57,923 nt of DNA. Origin: Candidatus Aminicenantes bacterium. Its GTDB lineage: Bacteria > Acidobacteriota > Aminicenantia > Aminicenantales > Aminicenantaceae. A program made the position numbers and the translations under genes. Each line of letters starts with the position of its first letter. Position 1 is the first letter of the stretch. The notes beneath the pieces are model-generated. The model was not told where the DNA came from, made no database searches, and saw only the letters and a list, made by a program, of their open reading frames with translations. Positions 1-9,040 of the stretch are shown here, piece by piece. The DNA lies in the NCBI GenBank assembly GCA_004377005.1, contig SOIV01000268.1:1-57923 (forward strand), given 5' to 3'.

Positions 1-64
1 TTCCCCGCTTGATATTTTCCTCATAATCTTTCGTCGCATGCTGTTGGATTAAAGCAATTTTCAT
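1..64 (-). CDS. 5' end (first 21 codons) of a gene running off the window. The N-terminus MKIALIQQHATKDYEENIKRG resembles carbon-nitrogen hydrolase (nitrilase-superfamily) N-termini.
   Basis: ATG at 64..62 is preceded by AGGAGA about 7 nt upstream on the minus strand. Only 21 aa are visible, so the family call is weak. Confidence 0.3.
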   Translation of the reverse strand, partial: MKIALIQQHATKDYEENIKRG

Positions 65-240
65 TGAATTCTCCTTTTCTCTACCGTTTTCCGGCTAAAA
101 TCTGAGTTTCGATTATTTTAAAAACATCCATATATTTTTCTTGCAATAATGTTCTTATTCCCGGCTATCTTATTAAATTTCCCAGGCTCTTTCAAATGAT
201 CTTCGTCAATAAAAAATATTTCCTATTTTTCCTTTTTGTG

Positions 241-260
241 GGCTTGATAAATCAAGCCCC
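241..260. repeat. REP-like perfect hairpin GGGCTTGA-TAAA-TCAAGCCC followed by CCTACA. Same family as the copies at 48423-48716.
   Basis: 8-bp stem with a 4-nt loop read directly. The flanking cccctacaaataaatcaaatcc resembles the tails of the 48.5-kb copies. Confidence 0.7.
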
Positions 261-436
261 TACAAATAAATCAAATCCTTCCATAAAGAAACGATGTGAT
301 TTCAAAAGGTGTTCCCTAATTACTGAGCAGAAATACCCGTCCCCTTTCTACTTCTTCAATTAGTCCGCGTCATAAGGAGGAAAAGAACTATCTTCCATAT
401 TCAGAAAAAGCAGCCTGTCCCCTTTTTCTGACCTAC

Positions 437-802
437 TCATTCAGAAGACTCTTTCTCCGCCGTTTTATCAAAATGTTCTTTGAGTGCTTTGATTATATTG
501 ATAGACGTGTCCACAAATTCTAAGCCCAATTCGAACAATTCGTCAGCGTAAACGCTTTTGGCCCACCGAACTTTTGCATAGGCACTGATCATTCGCGGCG
601 GGTCCGTTAATGAAAGATCTATTTTTAGAAAGGATCCGACCGGCAAAAATGCGTTGGTGTGGATTTTTGCGCCTGTTAAAGAAATATCCTCGGTCTTATG
701 ATGAATAATTTTCGGGTGGGTCTCAGCTGTATCCTTAGAAATAAGAGTAATCGTGAATAAAGCCTGTTCTCTTACTCGTCTTTCTCTTCTTTTCTCTGAC
801 AT
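437..802 (-). CDS. Stand-alone PilZ-domain protein (putative c-di-GMP receptor).
   Basis: 121 aa. The N-terminal RRERRVREQ (RxxxR-like) followed by DISLTGAKI (D/NxSxxG-like) matches PilZ signatures. Confidence 0.75.
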   Translation of the reverse strand: MSEKRRERRVREQALFTITLISKDTAETHPKIIHHKTEDISLTGAKIHTNAFLPVGSFLKIDLSLTDPPRMISAYAKVRWAKSVYADELFELGLEFVDTSINIIKALKEHFDKTAEKESSE

Positions 803-1025
803 GACCCTGGCGCCCTTCTCTTTCTATTCTATTTCCTAAAGATTCGTTCTCTGCTGGCAACGATCATTGCCTTTTGCTTTTACAGGAATCTGCTTTCTTA
901 CTAATCTGCAATTTTCTATGGCTCTCTCTCAGACCTTCCTGAGCAGACCAACGGAGAGGACTTACCTCTTCCTCGTCCAAAACATATAACATAGGATAGA
1001 TTTGATGTCAAAATTAATAAAATAT

Positions 1026-1140
1026 TGTCAAGGCAAAGCGAATATTTCCTATTCCGGGCAAAGCAATAATTTCCGGTTTTGTCATGGTCTAAATCCTCGC
1101 TAGATAGGTGTCAAGGCAAAGTGAAAATGTCCGGTTTTAG
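1026..1140. repeat. Three direct copies of an 18-nt iteron GGCAAAG[CT]GAAWATKTCC-like.
   Basis: Copies at 1032-1049, 1056-1073 and 1114-1131. Two are preceded by TGTCAA and two are followed by GGTTTT. They lie in the divergent PilZ / flavodoxin-UbiA intergenic region. Confidence 0.55.
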
Positions 1141-1287
1141 CAAGCCTAACATATCCAAAAAGCAAAAATAAATTCTATATTGAACCAGAATTTACCTCCC
1201 TAAAATTTTTACTAAAACAGTTAGAAGTCATCTGTGAGTCTGTGGTCTGCTTTGTGGTTGCTGATAATGAGAAATTCTGGCCTTAAA

Positions 1288-1330
1288 GACTTGACTCATT
1301 ACTCTTAATCAACTATTTATAAATAGAAAT
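1288..1330 (+). promoter_or_regulatory. Putative sigma-70 promoter: TTGACT (1291-1296), 17-nt spacer, TATTTA (1314-1319). It lies inside a ~45-bp module duplicated at 4880-4922.
   Basis: agacttgactcattactcttaatcaactatttataaatagaa is near-identical to the 4880 copy. It sits ~90 bp upstream of the 1411 start. Confidence 0.45.
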
Positions 1331-1410
1331 AATGCTGAATTTTCATTTTTCCTTAACAGAGATAGAAAAATGAGAACTGTCCTTTTTTTCCGCAGTCCGA
1401 AGAGTTTCCG

Positions 1411-3003
1411 ATGACAGGAGAAGATATGCGGACTGAACAAAAAAAATTTTTAGTTTTATTCTCTCATCCAAAAGAAAACAGCCTTGCCTACGCTATCGGA
1501 GAAGCTGTTATAAAAGGCTTGAAAAAATCCCGCGCAGAAGTAAGAGTTCAGGATCTCTACAGAGAGAAATTCAATCCTCTGCTTTACGACATAGACGAAA
1601 ATGATAAATATCAAGTAACCGTAAAGATGAAGGAAAATGTTGTTTGGGCAGACGGGATTGTCTTTATTACACCGCTCTGGTGGGCCAGCATTCCTGCCAT
1701 GCTGAAAGGGTATTTCGATAGGATATTTACAGAACATTTCGCCTTTCAATACAATCAGGCTGGCATACCGGTAGGCCTGCTAAAAAATAAAAAAGCAGTT
1801 TTAATCGGGACCTGTGATACACCCCCTTTATTGGCTAAATTTTCCAAGACCTCTCTGGGTTTTAAATCTGTCATCAGGGGAGTCCTAAAGTTAAGCGGAA
1901 TCAAAGATTCTAAGTTTATACTCTTTGGATCCGTGATGAATTCGACGGGAAAAAAAAGGGGGAAGTGGATTAAAAGAGCAGTAGCTATAGGTGAAAAATT
2001 TGCCCGCCCCGACACTTCAATCAGAAAAATGAACAAAAGAATATCCCCGTTGATTAGAGCCGTAAGGCTGCCTCTTTATTCATTTGTTTTCACCTCTATC
2101 CTGCTGGGTAGTGCAATTGGAGCCTCGGTTGCCCAAAATTTCAGCTGGAGAGGATTTGGACTAGCAATTTTCTTGGGTCTTCTGTGCCATACTGCTGTTT
2201 CCTACTCCAACGAAGTCGCCGATGAGCAAGCCGATAAGATCAATGTTAACCGCACTATTTTCAACGGAGGGACTGGGCTCATGGCTAAAGGATTGATCAC
2301 AAAAAGGACCTTGAATTGGGGATGGATCGTCACTTCTTTGCTCAGTCTATTTATAGCTGCCCTCTTCGTTTTTCGGTTTCACTATCACTGGCTTCTTTTT
2401 ATGGGGATAGCCCTTGGTCTCTTTTTGGGTTTGCAATATAGTTTTTATCCCCTCCGGCTTTCGAGGATCGGATTGGGTGAGATAGCGGCCTTTATTGGCT
2501 ATGGAGTTCCCATGATGTTAGTTGGACTGGCTCTTCAGGTTGAGAATCCCACCGTGAATCAGGTTACATCAGGATTCCGGTTCTATCTTCTATCACTGCC
2601 AATTTCGCTGTCCGTTTTTGTAACTCTGTGCTTAACCCAGATACCAGATACGGATGCGGACAAAGAAACAGGCAAACGATCAATCTCTGTGTTACTGCTA
2701 CCTAAAAATGTCATGATTCTTTCTTCCACTGTTCTGTTCCTTTGTATATTTTTCTGTTTTGGTCTTGTCCTGCTAGGCATCCTGCCCTTAAAATATTCCA
2801 TTATTATTTCTATCTTCCCTTTATTAACAGCAGTAGTGATAATAAAAAACCTCAGCGCTTACAAGATACCCGCGGGAATGAAAATGATCAACATCATGGG
2901 GATGTCTGCGACAACTACTGTGCTTTGTGGAATTGTTCCCGCAGTATATTTTTTCAACAACGCTGTAGAGGTTAACCTTTTAAAACAGCTCTTCTCAAAC
3001 TAA
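1411..3003 (+). CDS. Fusion protein: N-terminal flavodoxin-like NAD(P)H:quinone oxidoreductase domain (aa ~10-200) plus C-terminal UbiA-family (MenA-like) polytopic prenyltransferase domain (aa ~215-530).
   Basis: The N-terminus LVLFSHPKENSLAYAIGE...FITPLWWASIPAMLKGYFDR is typical of the Flavodoxin_2/NQO family. The C-terminal part has two Asp-rich UbiA motifs (NEVADEQADK and IPDTDADKETGKRS) and about 8 hydrophobic helices. An alternative start lies at 1426. Confidence 0.8.
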   Translation: MTGEDMRTEQKKFLVLFSHPKENSLAYAIGEAVIKGLKKSRAEVRVQDLYREKFNPLLYDIDENDKYQVTVKMKENVVWADGIVFITPLWWASIPAMLKGYFDRIFTEHFAFQYNQAGIPVGLLKNKKAVLIGTCDTPPLLAKFSKTSLGFKSVIRGVLKLSGIKDSKFILFGSVMNSTGKKRGKWIKRAVAIGEKFARPDTSIRKMNKRISPLIRAVRLPLYSFVFTSILLGSAIGASVAQNFSWRGFGLAIFLGLLCHTAVSYSNEVADEQADKINVNRTIFNGGTGLMAKGLITKRTLNWGWIVTSLLSLFIAALFVFRFHYHWLLFMGIALGLFLGLQYSFYPLRLSRIGLGEIAAFIGYGVPMMLVGLALQVENPTVNQVTSGFRFYLLSLPISLSVFVTLCLTQIPDTDADKETGKRSISVLLLPKNVMILSSTVLFLCIFFCFGLVLLGILPLKYSIIISIFPLLTAVVIIKNLSAYKIPAGMKMINIMGMSATTTVLCGIVPAVYFFNNAVEVNLLKQLFSN

Positions 3004-3761
3004 TCTATCGATACCAATTGAGTGATGTAGGTCTTGGTAAAAGGTCCGATCTTTCCCCGATGCTTCACCAGAAAATGGGGCTCCATCTTTGTAATCCAGT
3101 AGGTAATCTTGGGACGGAAGACAAAAGCATGGATAATGACTTCCATGCGGTAACATTCAAACTCGCCAGCTTTCACTCGAATAGTCTCAACTCCTGCCTG
3201 GCGAACGGTCCCGGAAACAGAATGCAGAGAAAAATCTATCAAGAATAGCTTCCATTCCCTATTTTGATCAAACGGAAACGATCTGAGCAGAAGAAGAAGA
3301 CTTCCGTCAACAGCAAGGGTTTTATTCTTTGGCAGATCAAATTCTCGCGTTTTCTGCCCCCTTCCTGAACGTCGCTTAGCATACACAATCTGTTGTTTTC
3401 TCCACATGGAGCCTTCAAACTTGGATTTTCCGGAAGAATGGGTGACATTTCTAGCGCCTGAGGCAAAATTGCCGTCCGCATCCAACTCAATTGTTATGTA
3501 TTCCACTTCTTTGTCAGAAATTGATTTCATGGTGAAAATAGTCTGAGAATCAGTATAGTCGATGTTCATCTCGATAGACTTACTTCGTAATGCATCTCGA
3601 CTTTTGGCTGGCACCGCCTCATAACGATATCCTTCTCTTTTCTTTGAGCTGTTTTCACCATATCCAATCGATTGGCCAGAAAGCATGCATTCCGAGAGAA
3701 TATAAAGAAGAAAACAGAGGAAAATCACAGGATACTTTATGTATTTCACTTTACTCTTCAT
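3000..3761 (-). CDS. Exported hypothetical protein (signal peptide MKSKVKYIKYPVIFLCFLLYIL), apparently translationally coupled to the upstream UbiA gene.
   Basis: The ATG at 3761..3759 overlaps the upstream TGA by 1 nt (TGATG). The ORF-track start at 3800 would lie inside the upstream CDS. I recognise no family motif securely. Confidence 0.6.
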   Translation of the reverse strand: MKSKVKYIKYPVIFLCFLLYILSECMLSGQSIGYGENSSKKREGYRYEAVPAKSRDALRSKSIEMNIDYTDSQTIFTMKSISDKEVEYITIELDADGNFASGARNVTHSSGKSKFEGSMWRKQQIVYAKRRSGRGQKTREFDLPKNKTLAVDGSLLLLLRSFPFDQNREWKLFLIDFSLHSVSGTVRQAGVETIRVKAGEFECYRMEVIIHAFVFRPKITYWITKMEPHFLVKHRGKIGPFTKTYITQLVSID

Positions 3762-4786
3762 CACAACACCAATGAAAGTAACGGAATCAAACAAAACCAT
3801 AACATGTATAACAAGGTCAGCACCATTACCCTGTTTATTTTTCTATCGAAATGAGCGGAACGCATAAGCTTGAACAGAACGGTTAAGAGAACCAAAGCAT
3901 GCAGCAGCACAACGAAGATGAGAACACCTGACCACCCTTTCAGTATTTCGAAATAATAAAGCGCTATCCAAGAGAGTGCAGCGACGCAGATACAAATACA
4001 TGACAGTATTATTGCCACGCGTGGCCCGAAAATGACAGCGATTGTTCTTTTTTTGGCAGCCCGGTCCGCCTGGAAATCAGGAACGCCTGAAATCGTTATG
4101 GCAGAAAAGATGGCAAATAACAAGGGGATGCTGATGAGCCAAGGAAAAGCATCTTTCCATTCTCCGCTTTGAAACACATAACCGCAGAGAATAAGATATG
4201 GGCTGAAGGTGACAGCCACGACGATTTCTCCGATTCCATGATAGGAGAACTTAAGAGGTGGAAGAGTATAGCCTAATCCTAAGAATAGGCCGATGAATAG
4301 GAACGACACCATTAAAACGGGCTTAACATCTGATGAAATTTTCAGCAGAACATATCCTGTCCCTAATATTAAAAGGAGAAGAACAGCTATAGCGGTTCTT
4401 ACTTCTTTGAATACAAGCCTGTTCTCCACGAGCACCCTCGAGCCTCCGTTAAAAAAACCCGAGTTCTTATTTTGCCTATCTGTTTTAAAATCAAAATATT
4501 CGTTTGTGAGAACAGAACATAATTCAACCAAGAAAAGGAAGACATATCCCAGCACATAAATGCTCAGGTTAAATTCCCGGTACATGCTGTATGCTGCCGC
4601 AGCTCCGAGGCTGTATGCTATCCATGGCATGGGGTAAAAATGCAGTCGAGATATCTTGATCCAGGACCTGGCCTTTGCACTGAATTTCTTGAAAAGCATC
4701 TGTGAATTTACCATCAAATTAATCTCGAACTCACCCTTCACACGGGAACTATAATCATCCAAGGTAACCGAACTTCCTCGTTCCAT
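3761..4786 (-). CDS. UbiA-family integral-membrane prenyltransferase, a paralog of the C-terminal domain of the 1411..3003 fusion.
   Basis: Motifs NEYFDFKTDRQNKNSGFFNGG and VPDFQADRAAKKRT. Multiple TM helices. The same N-E-x-x-D-x-x-x-D...FNGG spacing as in the fusion protein. Confidence 0.85.
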   Translation of the reverse strand: MERGSSVTLDDYSSRVKGEFEINLMVNSQMLFKKFSAKARSWIKISRLHFYPMPWIAYSLGAAAAYSMYREFNLSIYVLGYVFLFLVELCSVLTNEYFDFKTDRQNKNSGFFNGGSRVLVENRLVFKEVRTAIAVLLLLILGTGYVLLKISSDVKPVLMVSFLFIGLFLGLGYTLPPLKFSYHGIGEIVVAVTFSPYLILCGYVFQSGEWKDAFPWLISIPLLFAIFSAITISGVPDFQADRAAKKRTIAVIFGPRVAIILSCICICVAALSWIALYYFEILKGWSGVLIFVVLLHALVLLTVLFKLMRSAHFDRKINRVMVLTLLYMLWFCLIPLLSLVL

Positions 4787-4879
4787 TATCTTTGAAATCG
4801 ATACAAAGTTGCAATATCTATGCTGGCCGACGAGATAGGTAACACTTTGCCATATCCAATGAAAAGTTCACACATTAGA

Positions 4880-4922
4880 GACTTGACTCTTTTCCTTTAA
4901 TCAACTATTTATAAAGAGAACT
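4880..4922 (+). promoter_or_regulatory. Putative sigma-70 promoter: TTGACT (4883-4888), 17-nt spacer, TATTTA (4906-4911). Second copy of the module at 1288-1330.
   Basis: agacttgactcttttcctttaatcaactatttataaagagaa. It sits ~50 bp upstream of the 4961 start. Confidence 0.45.
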
Positions 4923-4960
4923 AAGTCAGCATTTTTATTCCTCCTTTAAAGAGGCATAGA

Positions 4961-5918
4961 ATGGAAAAAATGAAAGAATATTTTTTTAAGCATTTCGAAA
5001 AGATTATCGTTGTATCCATCTTACTTGGCATTGTGCTAATTAATTATTTCACTCCTTATAAAATCGGCTTCTTGAACTTTTTTTATCTCCCCATAATCGC
5101 TGCTGGTTATTTTCTGGGCCAGAGAATGGCTGTTCTTACTGCTGTTTTATGCATTCTGATAGTAGCCTTTTTTTTGCTGCTTTTTCCTTCTTCCTTTTTT
5201 ACAGCTGGAATAAACAAAACCTATATAATTGTGAGTCTCGTTGCCTGGAGTTCCTTCCTAATCTTAACAAGTGCTGCTATAGGATACTTGTACGAAGAGA
5301 AAGAAAATAAAATAAAAGAATTAAGATCCGCTTATATGGGAATTTTAGAGATTCTTTCAAAATATCTTGAATCCGCAGACAGATATACTCAGGGACATTC
5401 GGTGCGGGTTGCGCATTTATCAGAAGACATAGCTCGCACCATGGGATTATCGCCAATAGAGGTAGAAAACGTAAGAGCAGCCGCACTGCTCCACGACATA
5501 GGAAAAATTGAAATAAGTCTCGATGTCCTTCACAAAGCAGCCGCTCTTACAGATGAGGAAAAAGAACTCATGGATTCGCATTCAGAAAAAGGAGCAAGAA
5601 TTATATCTCTTGTGGGAGGAGTCTTAAAAGAGGCGGTTCCGATTGTTGCAGCTCATCATAAATACTTTTTTGAAACCGAGAAACCTCCTTCCGAGAATGG
5701 GGAGGAGCGTGGGGGAAAAAGAAGTTCCTCTGGGAGCAGCTATAATAGCTGTTGCTGATGCCTTTGATGCCATGATAACAGACAGACCTTATCGGGCAGG
5801 AATGCAACCCTGGCAGGCCTTTGAGCAATTAGAAAAAGGAGCGGGGAAACAATTCCATCCAGGAGCAGTAAAAGCTTTTAAAAAAATCCTTACGTCTAAG
5901 CAAAAATACAGAAGATAA
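4961..5918 (+). pseudogene. Membrane-anchored HD-GYP-type (HD superfamily) phosphohydrolase split by a single-nucleotide frameshift near 5711-5720.
   Basis: ORF 4961..5758 carries GHSVRVAHL...LLHDIGK...AAHHKYF. ORF 5643..5918, in the +1 frame, continues with EVPLGAAIIAVADAFDAMITDRPYR. Together they make one HD-GYP domain. The junction lies in the run gggggaaaaa. Confidence 0.75.
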
Positions 5919-6192
5919 AAAGCAGGTTTGCCTGGGGTGAAGCGATTGTTGCCTAAAAAAATACGCATTTACTGCGTGGTTGCCGAATTCAAAATACGAA
6001 CCAGCAAAAATAATCGATGATATTGAATATCATGATGAACGAAGTCTAAGAAAAGAGAATCCCGAATCGGATCTATACGTGGAGATCAAAGAAAAAACTG
6101 GAACCAAGTAACTAAGTATCCTGTCCCCAAATTAAAATGAAGGTGATTTACGTTCTATGGTGTCTACTCTAGGAAGTTAAAGAGATTCAATT

Positions 6193-6648
6193 TCATTTTC
6201 TTTTTATCTCCACTTCATCCTTTCCATAGACTCTCTCACAGTAATGGCATTTAACCTCAAGAGGTTCTTCTCTGAGAACTTTGAATTTTGATATGACTAT
6301 TTCTTTACTTGTTATACAAACAGGATTTGTACAGTTTAATACACCTACTAATTCTTCAGGTAGTTTTACTTGTATTTTTTCTATAGCCTTGTAGTTTTTT
6401 ATAATACTTACGGTGGCGTTAGGAGCAAGAATGGCAATTTTATTGACTTCACTCTGGGTCAAAAACCTGCTATCAATCTTGATCACGCCTTTACTGCCTA
6501 TTTTCTTGCTGTCCAAATTTAAGGCCAAATTTATCGGATACTTGAATTCTTGAGGGTTTAATATCCTAATTATCCTGAAAGTATCTCTGCTCGGTATATG
6601 GTCTATGACTGTGCCGTCCTTTATAGCAGGAATCCTTCTTTCTTTCAT
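6193..6648 (-). CDS. pyrI: Aspartate carbamoyltransferase regulatory chain.
   Basis: 151 aa with IPAIKDGTVIDHIP at the N-terminus and C-terminal Zn-binding cysteines (CTNPVC...CHYC). It lies immediately downstream of pyrB. Confidence 0.93.
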   Translation of the reverse strand: MKERRIPAIKDGTVIDHIPSRDTFRIIRILNPQEFKYPINLALNLDSKKIGSKGVIKIDSRFLTQSEVNKIAILAPNATVSIIKNYKAIEKIQVKLPEELVGVLNCTNPVCITSKEIVISKFKVLREEPLEVKCHYCERVYGKDEVEIKRK

Positions 6649-6649
6649 T

Positions 6650-7564
<915 letters not shown>

Positions 7565-7599
7565 TTAAGCCTCCTTTCAAATAGCCTGATTTATTCATA

Positions 7600-7718
7600 A
7601 ATTATGCCGACACCAATATTTATTTTCATTGACATCTACTCGTTACGCTGATTTCTCCTTTAGCATAACATTCAATCGGTCTCAAATGCGTTTCTTTTTA
7701 TTATATGTCGGCATAATT
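7600..7718. repeat. 13-bp perfect inverted repeat AATTATGCCGACA / TGTCGGCATAATT (7600-7612 and 7706-7718) in the pyrB upstream region.
   Basis: Read directly. The arms are separated by 93 nt. Confidence 0.6.
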
Positions 7719-7739
7719 TACCCTTCGGGCGGGCCGATT

Positions 7740-7872
7740 TCACCGCATCTGCTTCGTTACAGGGCATTTGCGGTGAAGAACCACAGCCGCATACCCTGTG
7801 CCTCGCATCCGACGACATATATTTTAAATAACATCGTCGTTGCGAGCGGAGCGTGGCAATCTGGCAAACTCG
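7740..7872. repeat. GC-rich nested palindromic element ending in GTCGTTGCGAGCGGAGCGTGGCAATC.
   Basis: Stems caccgca/tgcggtg, caggg/ccctg and cctcgca..gacgac / gtcgt.gcgagcgg. The local composition differs sharply from the AT-rich surroundings. Similar CGTCATTGCGAGCGAAGCG-type repeats are scattered in many bacterial genomes (from memory). Confidence 0.5.
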
Positions 7873-8024
7873 ATCCGTGAATAATCCAGGTTAGTTATTT
7901 GGCAATGGTGGTTCCGCTCTTTCTCTTAACCACAGAGCTTGCTGTTTATATTATTCTCCCTTATCTTTACTAAACTGTCAGCACCCAAGTCCGATCTGAG
8001 AGACTGACAAAGTAGAACGATATT

Positions 8025-8894
8025 TCATCCCGTCTTTTTTATGCTTTCCAAGAGCTTCTTCACGTCTTTAACTTGAGGAGCATTCGGCGCAAGCTGTAGA
8101 AAAGCCTCGAAGTGCTTAATAGCTTCTTCTTTCATTTCTTTATCATGATAAAGGTAGCCCAAAAGAAAATTGACATAAGCATGATCTGCGCGAAAGTTGT
8201 ATGACTGCTTCAATCTTTCTAGTGCTTCGTCCATCTTATTTTCTTGAATCAATATCTTGGCTTTCTCGAAGTTGATATCAGCCAGAATTTCTTTGGGCCT
8301 GGACTCCTCCGGTCTTAATTCAAGAGCTTTAAGGAGGACCTTCTCTGCCTCATCGTCTTTTTGTTGCTGGAAGAGGAAAGCTCCCAAGTTCACATAGGCT
8401 TCAAAAAAATCTTCTTTTAGCTCAACCGCCTCCTGAAATGCTTGGATAGCTTCCTCAAGTTTGTTCTCTCTGGATAATTCTGTCCCCTTTTTAAAATATG
8501 CGATGGCCTCATCTTCCCTTTTTTGTTCATCTGCCCTCTCATTGACCAATGTAACCTTAATTTCCTGAATAATATTAGGGCTAAGTTTCAACTCGCCTGT
8601 ATAGCTTTTATATCCTTCTTTTTCAACCGTTAAATTGTAGTTTCCTGCAGGTAAGGAAGGGGATGAAAATTCCCCTTCTTTATTGCTCTTGAAATAAAAC
8701 ATTTGACCACTGTCTTCATGTTTTAGTTGAACTTCTGCTTGTGGAATCGCTTCTTTATTGATGTTTAGAACTTTGCCCTCTAATTTTGCCTTTGACTGTC
8801 CAACCAGTGGAGAAGAAATGATTCCCCACACTACTATAATTAATGTAACTAAAAAAATAGCCGACAGATGTCTAATTTTATTGGTAAGATACAT
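8025..8894 (-). CDS. Secreted carboxypeptidase-regulatory-like (CarboxypepD_reg) domain protein with C-terminal TPR repeats.
   Basis: Signal-anchor sequence, then LEGKVLN...AEVQLK...KEGEFSSPSLPAGNYNLTVEKEGY, then TPR-like helices. AGGAGG lies upstream of the ATG. Confidence 0.8.
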   Translation of the reverse strand: MYLTNKIRHLSAIFLVTLIIVVWGIISSPLVGQSKAKLEGKVLNINKEAIPQAEVQLKHEDSGQMFYFKSNKEGEFSSPSLPAGNYNLTVEKEGYKSYTGELKLSPNIIQEIKVTLVNERADEQKREDEAIAYFKKGTELSRENKLEEAIQAFQEAVELKEDFFEAYVNLGAFLFQQQKDDEAEKVLLKALELRPEESRPKEILADINFEKAKILIQENKMDEALERLKQSYNFRADHAYVNFLLGYLYHDKEMKEEAIKHFEAFLQLAPNAPQVKDVKKLLESIKKTG

Positions 8895-9040
8895 TTTCTC
8901 CTCCTAATTAGACTCAAATTTCCGGAATATTCTTATCAAATCCCGTATCCTGATTCATCCTTTGTTAAGATTAGTTGTGAATAAAAATCCTAACACAGAA
9001 ATCTGAAAAATAAAACAAATTTAGAATGATGTAAGCATCT

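Noticed and set aside
3762-3800. The longer start at 3800 for the exported hypothetical protein.
   Set aside because: It would overlap the upstream UbiA CDS by 40 nt. The ATG at 3761 gives a clean signal peptide and a TGATG coupling junction.
5643-5918. 91-aa ORF as an independent gene.
   Set aside because: It starts at a TTG inside the HD-GYP domain. It encodes only the C-terminal half of that domain, so it is the downstream part of a frameshifted gene.
7629-7880. 83-aa ORF on the plus strand upstream of pyrB.
   Set aside because: It spans the GC-rich palindromic repeats (…VVASGAWQS… is the translated repeat). It has no RBS and a non-ATG start.
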